A stretch of DNA of 64,000 nucleotides from Acidobacteriota bacterium (GTDB lineage: Bacteria > Acidobacteriota > UBA890 > WLXD01). The translations under genes were made by a program, and so were the position numbers. Numbering within the stretch: position 1 is the first letter of the stretch; every line of letters begins with the position of its first letter. The stretch covers positions 128,001-192,000 of the forward strand of contig CAXWPH010000012.1 in assembly GCA_963666055.2 (NCBI GenBank), written 5' to 3'. The notes beneath the pieces were generated by a model. The model was given only the letters and a program-made list of their open reading frames with translations. It had not been told where the DNA came from and did not search any database. Of the stretch, positions 30,795-38,508 are shown in pieces.

Positions 30795-31098
30795 AGACCT
30801 ACTCCAGCGAGGCAGGGAGGAAACAGACTACTCCCGTCGAACCGAAAGAGGACACGCGCCGGGCGGCGAGGAGGAGCGCAGGGCGCACCCGGCAGGCGCG
30901 TTGAGCGTACCATCGGCCTGGGTGCCCAGCAAACGATCCGGAAGTCGGAAACGCCCCGAGAATGCTACACTTGTGGGTAGTGTGCCTGTCGTCGCGAGAT
31001 CATGCACGACGCGCGTTTTCGGAGGCGTGACGCGACGAAATGGGGTGGCTTGACGCCCGGTCCGACGGGGCGTCCTTGGTCGGGAGCAAAGAAGTCAG

Positions 31099-31347
31099 AT
31101 GCGCGTCAAGGTTGTTCGTACGCCAGGGGAGCTACGCGACGAGATCGGTCACAAGATCATGATTTGCAAGGATTGGCTCGGCACAGTGCAGCGGGAGCTC
31201 AGCGACAAGGAGCTCGCCGATGCCGGCTTCCACCCGAAACGCAGTGAACGGGTCTACGCAGTGCTCTTCGACAAGTGGGGTCAGGCTGTCGCGGTGCCCG
31301 CAGTCAACCTCGTGGAGGTCAACGAAGACAACGAGACCATGCAATAG
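31099..31347 (+). CDS. Small hypothetical protein, possibly SH3-like barrel
   Basis: Isolated ORF with natural composition (MRVKVV...G.V...VYAVLFD...V...NLVEV). Confidence 0.65.
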   Translation: MRVKVVRTPGELRDEIGHKIMICKDWLGTVQRELSDKELADAGFHPKRSERVYAVLFDKWGQAVAVPAVNLVEVNEDNETMQ

Positions 31348-31375
31348 GGGATGCCGACACGACCCTCGGCACCGA

Positions 31376-32509
31376 CTAGCGGCCCTCCACAATCCGCTCG
31401 TGCTCACGGATTACGAAGCGATCCGTCATGCCGGCAACGTAGTCACCGATGGCGATACGCGTGCCGACGCGGTCCGCCCGCAGCCTATGGCGCTCAGGTA
31501 GCAATTCGGGATTGTCCAGGTAGGCGTGGAACAGTCGCTCCATCGTCAGGCGGGCGCTCTCCATCTGCTCCCGCACCAACGGACTCTGGTAGAGACGTTG
31601 CGAGAGCACCTCGCCCAGGACCGCCATGTCCGCTTCGACTTCCTCCGAATGGCAGGCCAGATTCGCCGGCAGGGCGCGAATCTCGGCCAGGCTGCGTACT
31701 CCGCTCGCCGCGATTGCCTCGCGGCTACTCTCGATCAGATCGGTTGCGAGACTGTCTACCATCCGCCGGATGGTCTCGTTGAACAGCTCGCGTCGGGAGG
31801 CACCCGCAAGCTCGGCGCTCATCTTTGTATAGATGCGTCCGAACAGTGGAGCATCCGCGACCAGCTCATCAACCGACAGCACATGCGCCTCGACGCCGTC
31901 GTCGATGTCATGCACGTTGTACGCGAGATCGTCCACTAGATCGATGATCTGGGCTTCGAGCGGCGGACGTTCGTGCGGTCGAAACTCCCGCATCTCCTCG
32001 CCGGCGAAGCGCTCATAGCCCGCCGAGTGCTTGGCGATTCCCTCGCGTACCTCGTACGTCAGGTTCAGCCCCCGGAACCCGGCGTATTTCTCCTCGAGCT
32101 CCACCACCGTGCGCAGCGTGTGGCGGTTGTGCTCGAAGCCTCCCGTGTCACGCATCATCGCGTCCAGGACGCTCTCACCAACGTGTCCGAACGGCGGATG
32201 ACCGAGGTCGTGTGCCAGAGCGATCGCCTCGCTGAGCGCCGTGTTGAGTCCCAAGACCCGTGCCACCGTTCGTGCCAGATGCGCTACTTCGATGGTATGC
32301 GTCAAGCGAGTGCGGAAGTGGTCACCGTGATAATTGGGGAAGACTTGGGTCTTGTACTCGAGCCGCCGGAAAGCGCGCGAGTGAACGATGCGGTCGCGGT
32401 CGCGCTCGAAAGGATCTCGGTATGGGTGCTCGGGTTCGGGAAAACAGCGCCCGCGCGATTCTTCTGATCGCACCGCGTACGGCTGCAGCTCACGGTGAAT
32501 GCTCGACAT
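31376..32509 (-). CDS. dgt: dGTP triphosphohydrolase-like HD protein
   Basis: FERDRDRIVHSRAFRRLEYKTQVF, RTRLTHT, HDLGHPPFGH, DY.AGMTD. Confidence 0.95.
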   Translation of the reverse strand: MSSIHRELQPYAVRSEESRGRCFPEPEHPYRDPFERDRDRIVHSRAFRRLEYKTQVFPNYHGDHFRTRLTHTIEVAHLARTVARVLGLNTALSEAIALAHDLGHPPFGHVGESVLDAMMRDTGGFEHNRHTLRTVVELEEKYAGFRGLNLTYEVREGIAKHSAGYERFAGEEMREFRPHERPPLEAQIIDLVDDLAYNVHDIDDGVEAHVLSVDELVADAPLFGRIYTKMSAELAGASRRELFNETIRRMVDSLATDLIESSREAIAASGVRSLAEIRALPANLACHSEEVEADMAVLGEVLSQRLYQSPLVREQMESARLTMERLFHAYLDNPELLPERHRLRADRVGTRIAIGDYVAGMTDRFVIREHERIVEGR

Positions 32510-32702
32510 TCGCCCGACCTCGTCTGTAGGGACGCGGAAAACGGTAGTGAGAGGCGCCGCTCCGAGCAAGCTGAATGAGCCGTGGCCGGTAGTTGAATCG
32601 ATGGTGCGGGTTATCATCGCGGCGCCTTGAACCGGCGCACGCGCCGCCGCGATTCGATCCAACACACTTCGTCCGCCGGCGGCGAGCGAGGGAGGCCCAT
32701 CG

Positions 32703-34055
32703 GTGTCCGAGCGAGCGACCGAAATTCTTGTCCTGATAAACAGTTACCTCTGGGGTCCTCCCATGCTGCTGCTGTTGGTCGGGACCGGGGTCTACTTGAC
32801 GGTGGTGCTGGGCGGGATTCAGTTCCGCCTGCTCGGGCATGCGCTCTACCTCGCTCTGGTAAAGCGTCGCGAGGAAGGCGACGCGGACGGCGACATCTCT
32901 CACTTCCAGGCGCTGATGATGGCCCTAGCGGCCACCGTCGGCACCGGCAACATCGCGGGAGTGGCGACGGCGATCGCCGCCGGCGGCCCCGGGGCGCTCT
33001 TCTGGATGTGGGTGACCGGACTGTTCGGCATGGCTACGAAGTACGCCGAGGCGCTGCTGGCGGTGAAGTACCGCACTACTGACGCGCGCGGCCAGATGAG
33101 CGGCGGCCCCATGTACTACCTCCGCGATGGCCTAGGGAGCCCCTTCCTGGGCAGTGCCTTCGCACTGCTTACCGCCCTGGCGGCGTTCGGCATCGGCAAC
33201 ATGGTGCAGAGCAACTCCGTCGCCACGGCGATGGAGAGCTATTTCGGCTGGCCTGTCTGGACCACCGGACTGCTGATCGCGCTGGCGACCGGGACCGTGA
33301 TACTCGGCGGCATTCGCGGCATCGCGCGCGTCACCCAGTTTCTAGTGCCGGGGATGATCCTGCTGTACGTCGGTGCAGCTCTCGTAGTCATCGTGACGCG
33401 CTTGGACCAAATCCCCTCGGTGCTGGCGCTGGTGGTTAGCCAGGCCTTCTCGCCAACCGCTGCGGCAGGTGGCTTCCTGGGCGCCACCGTTGCCCAGGCG
33501 ATGCGCTACGGTATCGGCCGCGGCGTATTCTCGAACGAGTCCGGGCTGGGCTCTGCCGGGATCGCGGCAGCGGCAGCGCAAACGCGGCACCCGGTTACCC
33601 AGGCGCTGGTATCGATGACGCAGACGTTCATCGACACGATTGTCGTGTGTTCGATGACCGGCTTCGTGATCATCTCGACGGGGGTTTGGAGCAGTGGTGT
33701 CGACGGTGCCCCCTTGTCGGTCGACGCTTTCAGCGCCGGCCTGCCCGGCGCCGCGGGCGGTGTGGTAGTTCCGCTGGCGCTGGTCTTCTTCGCCTACTCG
33801 ACGATCCTGGGCTGGTCGTACTACGGCGAGCGATCGATCGAGTACTTGTTCGGCTCTAGGCTTATCACGCCGTATCGGGTCCTGTTCACGGCGATGGTTT
33901 TCGTTGGAGCGATCGGACGCGTCGACTTCGTCTGGCAGCTCGCCGATGCGCTTAACGCCGCCATGGCGGTACCGAACCTGATCGGCTTGATCGGACTCGC
34001 CTCGGTGTGCCGGAAAGAGACGCGCGACTACCTTGCCGGTCTGGTGACTCGCTAA
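32703..34055 (+). CDS. Alanine/glycine:cation symporter (AGCS family)
   Basis: [35 protein letters not shown]. Confidence 0.95.
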   Translation: MSERATEILVLINSYLWGPPMLLLLVGTGVYLTVVLGGIQFRLLGHALYLALVKRREEGDADGDISHFQALMMALAATVGTGNIAGVATAIAAGGPGALFWMWVTGLFGMATKYAEALLAVKYRTTDARGQMSGGPMYYLRDGLGSPFLGSAFALLTALAAFGIGNMVQSNSVATAMESYFGWPVWTTGLLIALATGTVILGGIRGIARVTQFLVPGMILLYVGAALVVIVTRLDQIPSVLALVVSQAFSPTAAAGGFLGATVAQAMRYGIGRGVFSNESGLGSAGIAAAAAQTRHPVTQALVSMTQTFIDTIVVCSMTGFVIISTGVWSSGVDGAPLSVDAFSAGLPGAAGGVVVPLALVFFAYSTILGWSYYGERSIEYLFGSRLITPYRVLFTAMVFVGAIGRVDFVWQLADALNAAMAVPNLIGLIGLASVCRKETRDYLAGLVTR

Positions 34056-34279
34056 CGGGCCCTGGTGAAAATGTGGCGGGCCTGGTTAGGGCGCGTTGGG
34101 GTCAGATGCAAGGCGCCTGAACCGGCACGCAGCGGTTGCATCGAAGCCGGGACGCTGCGGCCAAGATTTGACCCGCTGCCATCGTGGCAGGTATCGTCAA
34201 GGAGTCCTCTGGCTGATCTCCGTTGGCGAATCCCCTTACCCCGCAAGGGGTGGGTCCCCCAGACAGAAGGGGTTCGACG

Positions 34280-36496
34280 ATGCGAAACCGCGGTCATTTC
34301 TCCTTGGCGGGAGCCCTGCTCTTTGCGCTCGCCCTCGCGGCGCCGGCGAACGCACAAGAAGGGAACGATCCAATCCCGGTGCGCGTGCGCTACTTCGAAG
34401 GCACCGTCACCGTGCAACGTGCGCACGCCGCCGAAACTTCCGCCGCCCTGGTCAACTTGCCACTGGACGCCGGTGACCGCCTGTGGACGAACGATCAGGG
34501 GCGCGTCGAGCTGACGTTTGGCGACGGCACTACTATCTGGCTCGACCACCTAACGACCGTCGACATCGTGGCACTACCTCGCGCTGACACAGGCGACACG
34601 ATCGTCCGTTTGTGGGGCGGCTCGCTGATCGCCGAGCGACCGGGCGCCTATGGTCGCCCGGAGCAGGTACTTCGAGTGGATACCGCCGACGCCGCCATCG
34701 TGTTGCGACCGCAGGGCTCTTATCGCGTCGATCTCGACGACGAGCATCGCACTTGGCTGTCGGTGTACGACGGCAGCGCAACCATGGACGCCGGCGGACT
34801 CACCGAGATCATCGCGGCCGGCGAAACGACCTACGTCGAGCCCGGAACGGCGCCCGCCGAAGTAGTCGATTTCAATACCGCAGAACACGACAACTTTTCC
34901 AGCTGGCAGGTCGAGCGCTGGGTGGCCATGGTGGACACTCAGAACCACGTTCGCGACCGCGATTACCTGCCTGCGGAAGCGCGTCCGTACGCCGCCGACC
35001 TGGAGCGCAACGGCGACTGGGTCTACTACGACGACTTCTCATCCTACGCCTGGCAACCTTCTGTCGCTGCCGGCTGGGCGCCGTACCGTAATGGGCGCTG
35101 GGTCTACTCCTATGCCGGTTGGACCTGGGTGCCGTACGCGTCCTGGGGCTGGGCGACGTCGCACTATGGGCGCTGGCACCACACCCCAGCCTATGGCTGG
35201 ATGTGGTTCCCTGGAGCCGTGTATTCGCCGGGCTGGGTGAGTTGGTACGCCGGCAGCGGCTACTTGGGTTGGAGCCCGCTCGGCTACTACAACCGGCCGT
35301 TTCTGTCGGTGAATCTTTTCTTCGGCGGCCACTACGGCTACGGAAGCGGATATCACGGCGGCCGCAACTACGACTACGCAGTGCGCCGCGGCGGCAAGGC
35401 AGTGGCTGGTTTGGGGTACGCTCGCAACCTTGACGCCGACCATGGCTGGACTTTCGTAAACGCCGATCATTTCGGAACTGGCAAGACAGAGCTTCGCGCC
35501 ATCGGGCGAAACGCGGTTCCTCGTCAGGCGACGGGCAGCGCGGTGAGCTTCGAGGGCAACCTCCGGCCCCGCAAGCCGAGCCTCCTGGCCAACGTTGCAA
35601 GCTCGCGCGGCAACGGAGTCGGCGCCACACTACCGAGCCGCGGAGCTCCCGGGGGCAGTCGCTCGGCGGTACCCCGCGGTTCGCTGTCCAGGCCGGACGT
35701 GGCCTCCGGGGCGAGGTCGGCCACCCGCCGCAGCTCCCCACGGGACGTCGTCCAGACGCGGCCGCGGACGGCTCGCGGCGACAACATTCGGCCGTCTTCG
35801 CCGCGCAGCGGAAGAGGATCGAGTGCCGGCGGACGAGCTACTGCTCGGCCGCGCGGCGGATCCTCGTCACGGGGCTCCTCGAAACCACGAGCCGGCGCGG
35901 CCAGGCCGCGCTCCGGGACTTCGAGTGACTCGTTCTCGGCGGCGCTGGCGCGTCGGCCGGATCTGCCAACGCGAGCTAACCTGACCGGTGCTTCAACAAC
36001 AGGCAACGACGCGCGGCGCGCCGTATCGCGCACGCCGATCAGCCGCTACACGCCGCGCACCAGCCAGTACCAACCTCAGACTCGCACCTACCAGCCCAAT
36101 ACGAGTCGCTATCAGCCACGCAGCGGAATCTACCGACCCACCGAGGCGTCTACCAGGACACCGCAGCCGCGCTACCAATCCGCCTCGCCACGCTACGCTC
36201 CCTTGCGGACGCAACAGTCGGCGAGGTCACGGTACATGCCGTCGATCCAGCTGCGAAACGCGTTCGGCTCTCGGTCGAGCGGGTCGAGCGGGTCGAGCCG
36301 ACGATCGTTCTCGGCACCACGATCCTTCTCGGCACCACGATCCTTCTCGGCGCCACGATCCTTCTCGGCGCCTCGAGGGCCATCCATTAGCAGCCGCAGC
36401 GGTGGACTATCCGGGCGGTCGTTCTCTGCCCCGTCGCGCGGCGCATCCGGCAGATCCTCGGGTCGCAGTGCGACTCGCCGCTCCGGGAGAAGGTAG
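34280..36496 (+). CDS. Exported FecR-domain plus DUF6600-like protein with long Arg/Ser/Gly-rich disordered tail
   Basis: Signal peptide, FecR-like N.P...GD.L.T, GWAPYRNGRW/WGWATSHYGRW motifs. Confidence 0.85.
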   Translation: MRNRGHFSLAGALLFALALAAPANAQEGNDPIPVRVRYFEGTVTVQRAHAAETSAALVNLPLDAGDRLWTNDQGRVELTFGDGTTIWLDHLTTVDIVALPRADTGDTIVRLWGGSLIAERPGAYGRPEQVLRVDTADAAIVLRPQGSYRVDLDDEHRTWLSVYDGSATMDAGGLTEIIAAGETTYVEPGTAPAEVVDFNTAEHDNFSSWQVERWVAMVDTQNHVRDRDYLPAEARPYAADLERNGDWVYYDDFSSYAWQPSVAAGWAPYRNGRWVYSYAGWTWVPYASWGWATSHYGRWHHTPAYGWMWFPGAVYSPGWVSWYAGSGYLGWSPLGYYNRPFLSVNLFFGGHYGYGSGYHGGRNYDYAVRRGGKAVAGLGYARNLDADHGWTFVNADHFGTGKTELRAIGRNAVPRQATGSAVSFEGNLRPRKPSLLANVASSRGNGVGATLPSRGAPGGSRSAVPRGSLSRPDVASGARSATRRSSPRDVVQTRPRTARGDNIRPSSPRSGRGSSAGGRATARPRGGSSSRGSSKPRAGAARPRSGTSSDSFSAALARRPDLPTRANLTGASTTGNDARRAVSRTPISRYTPRTSQYQPQTRTYQPNTSRYQPRSGIYRPTEASTRTPQPRYQSASPRYAPLRTQQSARSRYMPSIQLRNAFGSRSSGSSGSSRRSFSAPRSFSAPRSFSAPRSFSAPRGPSISSRSGGLSGRSFSAPSRGASGRSSGRSATRRSGRR
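36302..36373 (+). repeat. 18-bp coding tandem repeat x4 (RSFSAP)
   Basis: CGATC(C/G)TTCTCGGC(A/G)CC(A/T) repeated four times; a further degenerate copy near 36416. Confidence 0.9.
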
Positions 36497-36503
36497 CAGC
36501 TGG

Positions 36504-36880
36504 CTAGTTCAGCGCCGGCCATCCGGCGTCGGCCGCATCGATGGAGATCCGGTCCTTGAACGACTCCCAGGTAAAATGCCGGTGCAATATCTCGGTCTCA
36601 TCGGGCGCCCAGCACCACAAAACATTAGGATCGGGGCTGCGGAAATCGACCGTGAAGATACCCTTTGGCTGGGCACCAATCTCGAGAATCACGCGCGCCC
36701 ACTCATCGAGCACCAGCCGAGTCTCGGCGTCGACTTCCTCGGCTGCCGACGGGTCAGATTCCTGCTCCTGGCGCAGCTCGCGCATGCGTCGACGCGTACT
36801 CGCGGTCACCTGGTTGACCAGGCGTAGCGCCCGATTCGCCTCGTCCAGAGAGAATATTCGGAAACGATGGTGCGACACGG
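36504..36880 (-). CDS. DUF2203-family protein
   Basis: FSLDEAN..L, KG...VDF, LWCW..DE.EI...H....F..R. Start approximate. Confidence 0.8.
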
Positions 36881-36948
36881 CTTCCCTACCCCCTTTTGCA
36901 CGAACGGTAGCACGGTAACGACTTGTCAAGGAAACTGGGCATCCCATC

Positions 36949-36977
36949 TTGCCTCATGATGGGGTCCCGGCTATGAT
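36949..36977 (+). promoter_or_regulatory. Sigma70-type promoter
   Basis: TTGCCT-17 bp-TATGAT. Confidence 0.65.
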
Positions 36978-36983
36978 TCCGTA

Positions 36984-37179
36984 CTGCCCCAGCCGCTGAG
37001 GGCGGGATGGTCAGCCCCCCCACACCCCCGACCCCCGCCCTTTGAAGGGATTCCGGGTACCACCACAGCCCACCCCACCGGAATCCCTCTGCTCAGAAAC
37101 CGGTGCGGCGGCCAAACTGGCCGCCGCACCGGATTGAAATTCAGAGAAAGCCGGGCTCGTCCCGGCTTTCTCTACATTT
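36984..37179 (+). ncRNA. Putative four-hairpin ncRNA with C-rich loops
   Basis: Promoter upstream; hairpins at 36998-37042, 37046-37088, 37100-37132 and 37143-37173, the last terminator-like. Confidence 0.6.
37143..37179. terminator. Intrinsic terminator-like hairpin
   Basis: AGAGAAAGCCGGG-CTCGT-CCCGGCTTTCTCT followed by ACATTT. Confidence 0.65.
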
Positions 37180-37215
37180 GGGTGCCTACTCGGACGACCC
37201 CGGCAGGAGCAACGT

Positions 37216-38214
37216 GTGGACGTGGCGGTATCGCGCATATTCTCCGGAATTCAACCCACCGGCGATCTCCATCTGGGGAACTACTTCGGCGCGGTGCGCA
37301 ACTGGGTCAGATTGCAAGACGAGTACGAACAAACCATTTATTGCGTAGTCGACTATCACGCCATCACCCACGAGATCGACACCGACGGCCTTCCCGCACA
37401 TTCGCTACGGCTTGCCGGTGACCTGATTGCGTGCGGCATCGACCCCGAGCGCTCGATCCTCTTCGTACAGTCGCACGTGCCCGAGCACACCGAGCTCGCG
37501 TGGGTTTTCAGCGCGTTCACTGCGCACGGCGACCTCAGCCGCATGACGCAGTTCAAGGACAAGTCCGAACGTAGCGGCTACGTCAACGCGGGGCTGTTTA
37601 CCTACCCGGTGTTGCAGGCCGCGGATATTCTCCTGTACCGGTCCGATGGCGTTCCGGTCGGCGAGGATCAGTCCCAGCACCTCGAGCTGACGCGAGGCAT
37701 TGCGCACCGGTTCAATCAAACAGTGGGCACCGAGTTCTTTCCCGACGTCCAGACCATTCTCACTGCCGGCAGCCGCATCATGTCGCTGGCTGATCCGACC
37801 CAGAAGATGAGCAAGAGCCTGGGCGACAAGCACTACATTGGGATCATGGAGCCAGCGGATTCGGCGATCAAGAAAATCCGTTCCGCAGTAACCGACAGCG
37901 GCGGCGCGGCGGGCGACGAGCTAAGTGCCGGTGTCACCAACCTCCTCGGCATCTTGCGACTGTTGGACGCCGACCAGCTCGCCGATCAGATGAGCGCCGC
38001 GGCACGGCAAGGTGAGCTCATGTACGGCGATCTGAAAGCTGCCGTCGTCGAGCATCTAATCGCCGCTCTAGAGCCCATACGCGCGCGGCGAGCAGAGCTC
38101 GCCGATGCCGACATCGCGGCAACGCTACGCGCCGGCGCCGAGCGAGCCGCCGAGATAGCCGCCCAGACGATGAGCAGCGTGCGCCGACTCATCGGAGTCG
38201 GCGCGACCTACTGA
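37216..38214 (+). CDS. trpS: Tryptophan--tRNA ligase
   Basis: SGIQPTG.LHLGNY.GA, YPVLQAADIL, VPVGEDQ.QHLE, KMSKS. Confidence 0.96.
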   Translation: MDVAVSRIFSGIQPTGDLHLGNYFGAVRNWVRLQDEYEQTIYCVVDYHAITHEIDTDGLPAHSLRLAGDLIACGIDPERSILFVQSHVPEHTELAWVFSAFTAHGDLSRMTQFKDKSERSGYVNAGLFTYPVLQAADILLYRSDGVPVGEDQSQHLELTRGIAHRFNQTVGTEFFPDVQTILTAGSRIMSLADPTQKMSKSLGDKHYIGIMEPADSAIKKIRSAVTDSGGAAGDELSAGVTNLLGILRLLDADQLADQMSAAARQGELMYGDLKAAVVEHLIAALEPIRARRAELADADIAATLRAGAERAAEIAAQTMSSVRRLIGVGATY

Positions 38215-38345
38215 AATCACCTGGACGCAAGCAAACCGCCGCGGACGCGGGAAAGCAGGCGCAACCTGTGACCCTTCCTGTCCTGTAGTAGTCATTATTA
38301 ATCACTATAAGTACTTATAACGTTCTATCCGATATTAAAAATGTG

Positions 38346-38374
38346 TTGCACTCTGCATATCAGTTCGATACATT
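38346..38374 (+). promoter_or_regulatory. Sigma70-type promoter with AT-rich upstream region and no downstream CDS
   Basis: TTGCAC-17 bp-TACATT; AT-rich tract from about 38285 with the palindrome TATAAGTACTTATA (38306-38319). Confidence 0.55.
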
Positions 38375-38380
38375 CCTGAA

Positions 38381-38508
38381 CATACTGAGTCACAGCGAGC
38401 GGGATTGGGTCTCCCCCTTGCATAGACCAGGAAATGCTCTGAGGAGCGCGTCGCCTGTGTTACGACCGGGGAGGTGGGACAGTCGGCGACGCGTTCTTCA
38501 TTTTTTTT
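38381..38508 (+). ncRNA. Putative ~130-nt two-hairpin sRNA
   Basis: Lies between the promoter and a hairpin (CGCGTCGCC...GGCGACGCG) followed by TTCTTCATTTTTTTT. Confidence 0.45.

Noticed and set aside
32510-32702. Glycine riboswitch upstream of the AGCS symporter
   Set aside because: No GGAGA...CCGAAG...CUYUCAGG aptamer pattern.
34101-34141. Sigma54 promoter GGCACG...TTGC before the DUF6600 gene
   Set aside because: GG-to-GC spacing is 12 nt rather than the required 10.
36290-36430. CRISPR-like array
   Set aside because: Spacerless in-frame 18-bp coding repeats; no cas genes in the window.
36984-37215. T-box riboswitch upstream of trpS
   Set aside because: GGTGGTACC occurs only on the opposite strand; no stem I (AGUA/GA motifs, UGG specifier) or antiterminator on the sense strand.
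38296-38325. dif site in the AT-rich tract
   Set aside because: No XerD arm (TTATGTTAAAT-like) at the right spacing on either strand.
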